Below are positions 1 through 10,486 of a DNA stretch of 12,230 nucleotides, one piece after another. This stretch comes from Tubiluchus corallicola. Lineage: Eukaryota > Animalia > Priapulida. The stretch lies in assembly GCA_030141605.1 (NCBI GenBank), contig JAQGDQ010002165.1, forward strand, positions 1 to 12,230. Reading direction: 5' to 3'. Numbering within the stretch: the stretch's first letter is position 1; every line of letters starts with the position of its first letter. The notes below the pieces were generated by a model. That model made no database searches and had not been told where the DNA came from. It saw only the letters and a list, made by a program, of their open reading frames with translations. The translations under genes and the position numbers were made by a program.

Positions 1-1311
1 TTTGGTTTGAATTGGGAACGCGTACAGTGATAAGCCACTCCAGATCGGCTCAAGTTTTTGCCAAAACTGCCACTCTGAAATATTAAATGAAAAATATTAT
101 AGGACTTCTAGAGCACGTATAAAAACGTGATTATGAGAAGTAGAATATGCCTTTCTATCTACCAATGAGGATAGAACACAAAGTGTGTCAACAAAACGTG
201 TCCTAATCATATGAGAATAACAACTTATCTAGCAAAATATTACATATATTTTCTATAATCATGTACATCCATAAAGATAATACAATACATACAATTTTGA
301 ATTAGTTAGTTAGTAAATATAAAAGCATCTCATTAAGTTCATTTCGAGTGAAACATTCCATAATTAATTTACGTTGATAAGACCAGTAGATTTCATAACT
401 TACTTCTACGGTATAATTTAAATGTATATACGCATTACACACAAATCTTCGGCTGTCAAATGCTGCATGTGTAGCAATAGAAAATTAGCTATAAAAACTT
501 ACATTATAGCACATTTACCCATTGTTAGAAGTAAATTTACAGTCAATAGATATATTAGATAATGCTATACAATAAAGAAATTCCTCTTCTAAATATTCTT
601 AACCTTGTAAGGATGTCATAAATAATATTTCTGTCAACTTTTCAAGGTACAGTACGTTGTTACACTCATGTAGCTTTTCACCATAATTGCTCTGAATTCG
701 AATTATTTACTTTGAAATGTCTTTCTGCCGACATTTGCCATAAACAGCTTTCAAGGTACATAAATAAGGAACATCCATATTGCTACTTAAGGTACAAACT
801 AAAACGGTAATTCAAAAATGAATGACGGAGACTTTATTCCTTCGCATTTTTGCCATTATTTCTCTTGACCCCCCATTTTCACCATTATCATCAGTTCAAG
901 TAGTGTCAGCTGGCGGATGAAAATGGGAATATGAAAAGTAAACTTCGTTCTTATTGGTGTTGAATGACAGTCATTTTTTTCCTTTTCCCTCAGTTTTAGT
1001 AATTTCATGTTTGCTATTTTTGCTACTCAACTATTTTTGCATTCAAGCAGCTATGCCTTAATCACTGACCGTTAAATGTTACGACCCGACTCGAATAATG
1101 ACTTCCAAATTCGTAGTTAAGACAAAATCTACTCAAACATTACAATGCTTAACGATTAATCAATCGTTTGGCTTCCACAATCATCTCATATTGCTAACAC
1201 TGTGTTGAGAAGAACTGAAAATCCCAATATTGGAAGCCCTCATATCTGCCTCTATAAAGTAATAATGTTAATTTCTTTTCAAAAATAACAAACTTCTCTT
1301 TTTGGAACTCA

Positions 1312-1843
<532 letters not shown>

Positions 1844-2535
1844 GGTGATTACGATCTTCTCAATAAGCTTTTCATATTGACCTCTTTGAAAATAATTTCT
1901 TGCTTGTAGTAAAATAAGAATTTTATGCAGATACTATTCGCTCATGTTGAACTGTCTCTTCGAATTGGTGGGAAATATTTCTCTATTAAACTGCTGAAAA
2001 ATTTCAGTTATTTATTTGCATTTAATTAATTCAAAATTCCAGAAAAGCGCTTACAAAGCACAAAATGCTGGACGGCTTTAGTTTAAAATGCTCACAATAT
2101 TTACCGAAGGCAATTTTAACTCCCTTCTGACCTATAACTCCTGTTTTATTAAGATCCCCCTGGGTGTGGTACAAGAAGTGTTTACAGAGGCTATGCTGAT
2201 CACATGTTATCTTCATTCACAGTTAGAACACTTAAGGTGCTTGAGATGTCTTAACAAGAGACAGGTAGAAGGTCACATATCATCTCTTAGCCATGTGTAT
2301 CAACATTTATTCAAATTGCCCGGATGAAGTCGCCTCCTCACAAGGACGTTGCTTAGGAAGGCACATTTCTTTCCTGCTAGTGATACTGCACTTAAGTGCT
2401 TAGCTAAGATTCAATTTATTTTTGCAATATGTTTAAATAAACAAAGCTGAGCGTTTACACACTGGGAATGCTAGGGAAAGTACACGAAATATTCTAATAG
2501 GTGGTTGTTACTCTAAATTGAAATAAACTTTTAAA

Positions 2536-2650
2536 TTTATTTATTCATCCATTTAGCACATAGAAAAATAAAAGTTATAAAATTGCAAATTAACAATGCA
2601 TTGTAGTGCTATGAGCGCAGCAGAAGTAATTAACTTACGATCTATGCTCA
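2536..2650 (-). mobile_element. Possible isolated 3' tail of a LINE/SINE (stem-loop followed by AATAAATAAA)
   Basis: On the - strand, TGAGC...AAGT-TAATT-ACTT...GCTCA forms a nested stem-loop (2650-2612), followed ~65 nt later by GAATAAATAAA (2546-2536). The layout resembles the tail at 5609-5790. No coding remnant was found. Confidence 0.3.
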
Positions 2651-2732
2651 ACATGGATAAGACTAAATTAGTGACGTAAACAACAATTGAAAAATACGTT
2701 AAATGGAGCGAAGCAAACAGATGCGAGAAAAC

Positions 2733-2746
2733 GATAATGACGATGT

Positions 2747-2828
<82 letters not shown>

Positions 2829-2879
2829 AATGACAACTATGGTGATATTAATGCTAATGACAATGGTGATAGTGATGAC
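2733..2879. repeat. (GAT)n microsatellite with degenerate flanks
   Basis: 27 perfect GAT units at 2748-2828, with in-phase degenerate triplets on both sides. Confidence 0.98.
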
Positions 2880-2902
2880 ATCATATCACTTTCCTGAATT
2901 AA

Positions 2903-3352
2903 AGGAAAAACGGACCCAATCTTAAACTGTGAGTCAAAACAATCCACGCTTTAAAATACTGAAAGGAAACATACTTTTTTCAAGAATGACTTACGTGAAA
3001 GACAATATTATCACACAAACACATCTTCACGTTCCAGCCACTAGTTCTTCGCTGTTACACGCATTTTGCTATTCACTAGTTAGACGAGCACTAGCGCCTG
3101 CATTTCGGAAACGTGTTGCACAAAAACAGGTGCTGCACGTCTCAGTTTAAAGCTGTTCGTTTGTGACGTTGTGCACACGTTTGACAGCTCATGCGTGATC
3201 TTAATCTATTATCTAACTATCAGAAACGCTTTTGCAGTACTATTTGTGTTAAACTGTGTACTTTTTACCGTGTGTGAAAATGGGATAATATGTGAAAAAT
3301 CATCCTGTAAAGTCTTCCTGTAAACGGATTTTCAGCGCGTTGTCATCTTTCT
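2903..3352. mobile_element. Putative non-autonomous Kolobok-like DNA transposon; left end supported, right end uncertain
   Basis: Starts TTAA|AGGAAAAACGGAC (TTAA at 2899-2902). Positions 2899-2942 match 12187-12230 at 38/44 without gaps, and homology starts at the TTAA. The interior is CpG-richer than the flanks. The candidate right end GTCATCTTTCT|TTAC at ~3342-3356 is only a weak TIR match. Confidence 0.5.
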
Positions 3353-3963
3353 TTACTTCATTAGAAATATCATTTACTTCATTTTCGTGTTACTATCGTC
3401 TCCATATATTCTATCTAAATCAATGGCAGTGATATTCTGTAACTGCATTAATATCTTTATTTTCTATATTTGCTCTGCAGTTCATCTTTTGCCGAAATAT
3501 TTTCATAAACTGTCTTGATTCTTCTAGTACCAGCGACCTACTATTTTAGCGCCAGTTTAATAATGTAGAATGATTAAGCATTTGTTTGACAAGTCTTAAC
3601 TTTGCTTTCGGATTTATAATGTTGACGTATTCTGTCTACAAAAATAATCTGTAGCGTCTGGAAAAGACGACAAACCCATGCACTCATGATTTATTCTCCA
3701 TGCTTGAATATGAGAGTTTGTCATTGAGTCATGATAATGACTATAACACCGAGGCTTATTTATAGAGTTTTCTTGAATTCCTTGGGCTGCTTCTCTCTGG
3801 CATTAATCTGAAGAGTCAATTTTATTTCAATGTTAAGTTGGAAATATTACTAGAAACTAGATTTTGCTCTTTCTAGGGAATAAAGATGCACGTGAATGTA
3901 TGAAAATTTGACCCGTTTCTGTCTGTCGTTAATACATTATCGATAATATATGTATATGTGCAT

Positions 3964-4554
<591 letters not shown>

Positions 4555-4905
4555 TATAATAAGTATTTTTTCTTTAGTTCTTTCTTTATACGTGTACGAA
4601 ACGTGAGGGTAGTTCTGTTTGCTTCACAGCTCAAGCAACGTGGTGCTCACATGTCTGAGATAAGAAGCTGTACTTTAGGTAGAAAAAGTACTGTCGCTCA
4701 CGCAGTGTGTGTTATCGGTTGCCACGTACTGAAATGCCGTGTACCCGGGATATTCTTGAACTGCGACAATTTAGGATTTTATCAAGTTTATGTATAAATT
4801 TTCGCATGTTTGTTTGTCTAAAATTACAATTTCAACATTAAAATTATATAAGTTTGTTTTGTTTTACAAAGTATTAAAAAACACAATAGCTAAAAATTTT
4901 CTGAA

Positions 4906-4943
4906 GCAGCACCCCCAGTAATTTTAGCTACGAGCCACCACTG
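4906..4943 (-). mobile_element. Possible solitary MITE terminus (CAGTGG-type)
   Basis: The - strand reads CAGTGGTGGCTCGTAGCTAAAATTACTGGGGGTGCTGC, which resembles CAGTGGCG-starting, G-run-containing ends of common invertebrate MITEs. No partner end was found in the window. Confidence 0.3.
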
Positions 4944-5201
4944 CAAGTCGAATACTAGCAATTTAAAATAGTTAAAAACTAGGTATAAGTCAAGTTCAAA
5001 AGAACGTGCATGGCGTATAATTTTTTATGGATTAAACGGTAAATTCAAGTAACCTATTTTCTGAAATTACTGCAGTGTGGGCCTGTTGCATGCTGTCATT
5101 TTTATAGGGTCTGTAGTATTATATCGGACCACAAACCATAAACCAAACCGTAAAAAACCTGCTATTTTGACCATGGCCTCGTTAATCCATGTTTAGCCAG
5201 C

Positions 5202-5790
5202 AAGGCCATTAGAAGCATCAAAGTCTTTTCATAATGAAGTTGCACAATTCAATTCACTTACGTCTCTAAAATAACTTTATGGCACTTTATTAAATTCACA
5301 GCCCCCAACAACTGGAATAAAATAAGTGCCCAAGTAAAAATACACAAAACTATTTATAGTTTCATAAAGTACTTGAAAAGGACTATTTTTGACTCATACT
5401 TATAATACAATTTTAATGCTTCCATGTCTCGTGCTGTCGCAATGTATGGCCTCCAATCAATTATAATGCTATTTTAATATACCTCTATGTAAATTAAACA
5501 TACACTGTGGTCGTTTCTTCTCCTCTTTTCCTTCTTCCTATCCCTAATCTTACTATTTTTCTATTCCATCATGTCTACTAACCCTAACCATTCTTTCATT
5601 CACTCATTTGTGCCACCTTAACAAGCCAAGCTTTCAAGGTGTCACACAGCAACTCTTTTATTTGGTTAATTTGACTTCATCGACGTTTTTTTACCTATAC
5701 TGTTTCTTTTTTTCAGTAATATTGTATGTTGATGTATTGTACATGCATTGCTGGAGTGAAATAAATAAATTGAAAAAAAATTGAAAAATA
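5202..5790 (+). mobile_element. Decayed 3' end of an L2/Crack/Daphne-like (CR1-group) LINE: ORF2 C-terminus, 3' UTR and tail
   Basis: 5289-5405 translates to IKFTAPNNWNKISAQVKIHKTIYSFIKYLKRTIFDSYL*, matching the ORF2 C-terminal pattern I.F.GP..WN.LP..IK...S...FK..LK. A KAIRSI motif lies at 5202-5219, and a possible YC/VW remnant at 5068-5080. These are followed by a pyrimidine-rich UTR, a stem-loop at 5609-5646 and an AATAAATAAATTGAAAAAAAATTGAAAAA tail at ~5760-5788. Confidence 0.75.
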
Positions 5791-6318
5791 ACAGTGAATT
5801 CATTGGACAAGAAATCGTCACTTTCAACTATAGTTAAACCTGTGTTTATAATAATTTTACAAAATTATAGTACGACCTTATTGACTTTTATCGCTTCCCT
5901 AATTTATATAAGATATAATTTTATTACAACTATAACTGAGGTTAATAAACTTATTCAATAGCGGCATCTCAATGTGAACCGATGTTTACATTGTCTCACT
6001 TGAAGTCATCACACTTTATACGAATATCCTGTTCGGTAGTATCATAGTTATTTTTCTGCTTCAGTGAACCCAAACTTTCCATTTTACCACACGGCACATT
6101 TTTACAATGTGTGTAAGATCTTCCTAGAATGGAAACAAACAGAGCAAGAACGGAAGTTTGGATAAGTCAAACGTTTGGCATGTGTTCTGTTCACTGTTTT
6201 ATAACAGTGTATCTAGATCTAAACCATTCAGTCCATATAACTTTTCTAGCACTTAATTCTTCAAGAAATCAGTAAAATCAACCGCGCTTTCGTGAGTTTC
6301 TCTACCTGCTTCTTCTAA

Positions 6319-6555
6319 CCTGCCTGTCTGCATGTTTGTCTGTCTGTCTGTCTGTCTGTCTGCCTGCCTGCCTGCTTGTCTGTTTGTCTCTATACCTGCC
6401 TGTCTTGTGTCCGTCGCCTACCTGCCTGCCTACTTACCTGCCTGTCTGTCTGCCTGCCTGCCTGCCTGCCTGCTTGCCTGTTTGTCGTTCTGCCTGCCTG
6501 TTTGCCCGTCCGCCTACCTGCCTGTTTATCGCCTGCTGCCTGGCTGACTGCCTGC
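6319..6555. repeat. Degenerate tetranucleotide microsatellite (CCTG/TCTG)n
   Basis: Runs of GTCT and GCCT are seen directly. They are the source of the three LPAC/LSVC ORFs. Confidence 0.95.
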
Positions 6556-6556
6556 T

Positions 6557-7132
6557 TCAAGTATTCAACACTAACATCATCTGTTCGACACTAGCATCAA
6601 GTGTTCAACATTAACACCAAGTGTTCAACATTAACATCAAGTGTTCAACATTAACATCAAGTGTTCAACATTAACACCAAGTGTTCAGCACTAACATCAA
6701 GTGTTCAACACTAACATCAAGTGTTCAACATTAACATCAAGTCTTCGACATTAATATCAAGTGTTCAACATTAACATCAAGTGTTCAACACTAACATCAA
6801 GTGTTCAACACTAACATCAAGTGTTCAACACTAACATCAAGTGTTCAGCATTAACATCAAATGTTCAACACTAACATCAAGTGTTCGACACTAGCACCAA
6901 GTGTTCGACATTAACATCAAGTGTTCGACATTAACATCAAATGTTCGACATTAACATCAAGTGTTCGACATTAACATCAAATGTTCGACACTAGCATCAT
7001 GTGTTCGACACTAGCATCATTTGTTCGACACTAACATCAAGTGTTCGACATTAACATCAAGTGTTCGACATTAACATCAAGTGTTCAACACTAACATCAA
7101 GTGTTCAACACTAACATCATGTGTTCGACACT
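6557..7132. repeat. 20-bp minisatellite, ~29 copies, consensus GTGTTCRACAYTAACATCAA
   Basis: Units stay in exact 20-bp register from 6561 to 7132, with no indels and only point variants. Confidence 0.98.
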
Positions 7133-9040
7133 CACTGACAAAACTTATAGCAAATGAAGTTATTTTAAAAAAATAATTTATTTCATTTATTGCTGTAATA
7201 CCGCGTGCTGTTGTGAATCATGGATGTTCTGTAATACTGCTGACTGTATAATGAGTTAAGTGTGATTTAGAAGTAATTAAGGCATTTATTAATCATGTTA
7301 AAAAAGCGTTTTTAAACCAAGGTGAACAATGTACTATGTTATGATCATATCATTGAAAATGAGGCCTAATGAATGACAATTTATTTTAATTACTAATCAT
7401 TAAACTTTTCATTAAATAACTAATAAAACTAACAGAAAGATTTAAAATATTTGTTTTATTAATAATTGTTTTGTTTATCTAAAGCGTCATTATATTTCAA
7501 AATTGATATTGTATGAATATCTTGTATGTATTTTTGACACTAATAAATAAATATCTAATGTATAACCAGAGTTAAAAACTGCGTCAAGTACACTTATAAA
7601 TTACCATGAAACTAAGCTCAGACTGCAAAACTTTAATATTACCTGCCTGACTTGTCAAAACTAATTATTTTTGGCAATTATGTTGGTGAACAAACTTTTT
7701 ATGACATTCATCTGCGTAAAAGCCCCTTGTCTAAATCAACACGGAGCTTTGCAGATGGATAAAGCACATTTGTTGCTGGAAACAGCGACACTGAAATACC
7801 AAATTAAACACATTTTTCCAATAGATTTTAAACCAGTTTTTGTGAAATTACGATTTAAGCAGATCTGTCTCGTCTTAGCTGATGTCATTCAAGACATCAT
7901 TTCAAACAAAATACCGGATTAAAAACTAATAAAATGATTCATTCTCAAACAACTTACAAGGACGCAAAATCAGTCTAGAAAGTCGTGAGCATCATTTATG
8001 AATCTGCCGAACTTGTTTTTGCAATAATAACAGCCTCAAAAGAGAATTTTTCTTTTTATCTATAATAATAAGCTTAACAGGGTTAATTAAAAACTTATTA
8101 TACAAAAGCTGAGTTGATCTTGCAGTCTGAATGGTTCGACGTTTCTTCTACACGAGATCATGGAGTTAATTTCTTACCATTATCAAAAATTGGAGGAAAT
8201 AATATCCACAATTACAAAAGATTACAGTAAAAAATGGGATTGAACCCGCAGCAGTTTCGATAATTTGGTCATTGTTGCAAACTTGAATGCAAGAAACGCT
8301 AGAAGCTTTGGAACAGAAAAGTGAAAGTCGTTTTTCATGTTAAAGATTTTCTAGACAAAAACCAGGCATTAGTTGAGGCGTGGCGACTATACACCCCCAA
8401 CACCTGAATCAACTTGGAGGATTAAATGCTGGACATTGACTTTCGCACGGAAACATGTAACCTCGTGGGTAGCAAGGCCAAAATCCTCAAGGTGGCGCCA
8501 CTAACGTTTAACATCAAATCCTAACTTTAGACATTTGTTTAATCAACATAACCATCATGATCTGAGGATTAATAATACAACTTCTTTGCTTATCTACACG
8601 CAACAAACTTGTCCAAGTTCTCACAAACGAACTCCCAAATTTCGTTCGCGTTCCGCCCCCATCGTCGAAAAACATTTCTCTTTCTACCTGCCACAAAACT
8701 TCAGAATTTATGTGCTGCCCAAGGCATCTGAACGACTATTTATCCTTATAGACCTATGACCACATGAGCTGGCTAAGCTGGAGGAAACGCCCTTGGACTA
8801 CGGTGTTTGAGGAAATTGCTCTGAAAGGGCTTTCTCTGTCAATTATACGCGAGATTTCCAAACTAGTAAATTAAAATTAACCCATTCAGGAGAAGTGGGT
8901 GCGGCGACGGATCCGTCTATCAACGGCCTTGCAATTTGTTTATTTGTCGGTTACGGATAGCATAAGAGGAACGGAAGGGATTAAAAGTCCATAGACTCTT
9001 GTTTAACATTCAGTATAGTCACAATAATAGCACTGTTTTG

Positions 9041-9910
9041 TTTATTTCATTTTATTTCGTAATATTCAGAGTATAATACATGAGTGAAAAGTGAGATAAA
9101 CTACAAAAACAGTGCAAATTAAAACAAAGTGATGATAATAATATAAGTAGAAGATTACGGTAGAAAAGACAAAGAACTAAAATAGCTGCTTACAAGTGTC
9201 TGTTAAGAAGTGAAAATTTACTAAAATCAACATGACTTAGCCGGTTTTTATATAATTTTCTGTTTCCAGCATTTACAGTTGGAGCATCATTCACATACGA
9301 TGGCAGTTTATTCCGTAAACTTACAACTCTGTTGCTGAAGAAATGTTTAAAGCTGTTAAGTGAGCTTTTTTTCACCTAATTTCAAATGGTGGACCCTTGT
9401 AATATTTGCAAGCGGTGAAAAGTTAAAAAAAGATTCACTTGAGATTGATATGTCATACTATGCAATAGCACATGATATGTATGCCATGATATGCTACGAA
9501 TTATACTGTAGCGCATAGACAGATCATCATAAATGCGTCTTTATTCAAGGGGTTCCAATCTGAGTTTTGATACTCTATTATAATCCATTTGGGTATTACG
9601 TGCAGTTTGACTTACATGTAGCAAAGAGTCTATTCATTGTATTTCATTGTATACATTCTATTCATCGTACATATTTGGAATAAGTGATACTATCCTATAC
9701 ATATCATTTCGCTTCGGCATGTTGTCTACGCTTTATAAGCCACAATCTGTTTACAAAAGCTTGAATGTCATCAACACCGCGTAATCCAATTTGGTAATTT
9801 AAAGTTGTTTAGACCGTAAACCCCACCGGATGTCCTTTTAAACTTTGATGTCTAAAATGGTCACTTCAGAAGAAGAGCACACATTTTGTTTGAGTTAAGT
9901 TGCTTCCACG
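9041..9910 (-). mobile_element. 5'-truncated, frameshifted CR1-like LINE (C-terminal part of the reverse-transcriptase ORF2, 3' UTR and tail)
   Basis: Motifs occur in the expected order on the - strand: WKQLNSNKMC (from 9908; W.L.LN..KC), IECIQ*NTMNRLFATCK (from ~9661; IE.VQR.FT.RL), MDYNRVSKLRLEPLE*RRIYDDL (from 9588; Y..RL..L.L.SLE.RR...DL), FFNF...ITRVHHLKL (~9430-9377; FF...TRGH..KL) and FFSNRVVSLRNKLP...YKNRL (ORF 9375-9190; FFS.RVV..WN.LP...FK.RL). A GAAATAAAATGAAATAAA tail follows at 9058-9041. Confidence 0.85.
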
Positions 9911-10047
9911 TCATAAAAATGTTGATTAGCAGTGAATTTTCCTACATTTATCAGTAATAAATAACTCATTTTAAACATTTTAAATTTTAAGCCATTACTT
10001 TAGCTAAAACCAATTTTATTAGAGGCACTTAAAAACATTTATACTTA

Positions 10048-10296
10048 AAAATAACACAATTTTATTCAAAACTTTTACATATAAAAGTTAAAAATCATGC
10101 CAAACGTTTCGACCAGCTGCTGTTGTCATCACCGCTAGTAAATTTACAAGCATACAACCATAATAGGCTCTGTCTATATAAACTGGTTGTATGCTTGTAA
10201 ATTCAGCACTGATGATGACAGCAGTAGACTGTCGAAAAGTTTGGCATGCTTTTTAACTTTTATATGTAAAAGATTTTAATTAAGTTGTGTTGTTTT
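10048..10296. mobile_element. Long inverted repeat (113-bp arms, 23-nt spacer), probable Penelope-like element terminal-repeat remnant
   Basis: Arms 10048-10160 and 10184-10296 pair without gaps, about 95/113 matches by hand. Perfect blocks are 10141-10160/10184-10203 (20 bp) and 10072-10094/10250-10272 (23 bp). The arms contain a hammerhead-like motif. Confidence 0.75.
10205..10245 (+). ncRNA. Minimal type I hammerhead ribozyme-like motif (Penelope-type), probably impaired
   Basis: CUGAUGA (10209-10215), U, stem II GACAG/CUGUC with a 7-nt loop (10217-10233), GAAA (10234-10237), A, then a GUU putative cleavage triplet (10239-10241). Stem I is weak (GCA/UG(G)C). Confidence 0.6.
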
Positions 10297-10453
10297 AATA
10301 TTAATAATACTTGATTTAAGTTTTAAAACATTCCATGCAGACCCTTTGATAATCTTTCGATGAAAAGAATTTTTCTAGTTTTTGCACGGTGAAAGTTGCA
10401 GCTGCTTTATTGCTAAGTATAATTCTGTCAGATTTATAATATTCATGCTATTC

Positions 10454-10486
10454 GGGGGAGAGGGGGAGTGTGGGGGGGGGGGGGGG
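10454..10486 (+). repeat. G-rich tract G5-AGA-G5-AGTGT-G15
   Basis: Seen directly. It satisfies the four-G-run G-quadruplex pattern if the G15 run supplies two tracts. Confidence 0.8.

Noticed and set aside
638-796. Three AAGGTACA-containing motifs (TTTCAAGGTACA twice)
   Set aside because: They are short and irregularly spaced, and they do not match the TCAAGGTCA nuclear-receptor site exactly. Chance in AT-rich DNA cannot be excluded.
860-900. CUGAUGA...GAAA...GUC on the - strand resembling a second hammerhead
   Set aside because: The 7 nt between the boxes cannot form a credible helix II, and helices I and III do not pair in register.
2703-2925. Poly-Asp and poly-Met ORFs
   Set aside because: These are (GAT)n read-throughs with no domain and no clear exon boundaries.
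3400-3800. Faint RT-like words (YK.LGVI) on the - strand
   Set aside because: They require several arbitrary frameshifts, and I could not establish a colinear motif series by eye.
6332-6614. Three overlapping LPAC/LSVC-rich ORFs
   Set aside because: These are typical translations of a (CCTG/TCTG)n tract, open in all frames.
6557-7132. CRISPR-like array of palindromic repeats
   Set aside because: Units are head-to-tail with no unique spacers, there are no cas genes, and the context is eukaryotic. It is a minisatellite.
8235-8250. B-box-like GGTTCAATCCC on the - strand (similar GAGTTCGATTC near 11905-11915)
   Set aside because: There is no A box at the proper distance and no cloverleaf, so a tRNA or tRNA-derived SINE cannot be supported.
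7671-8759. Short ORFs 7671-7922, 8514-8696 and 8535-8759 (also 2031-2327 and 2929-3150)
   Set aside because: They are 60-83 aa, mostly with non-ATG starts and no recognisable family, consistent with chance.
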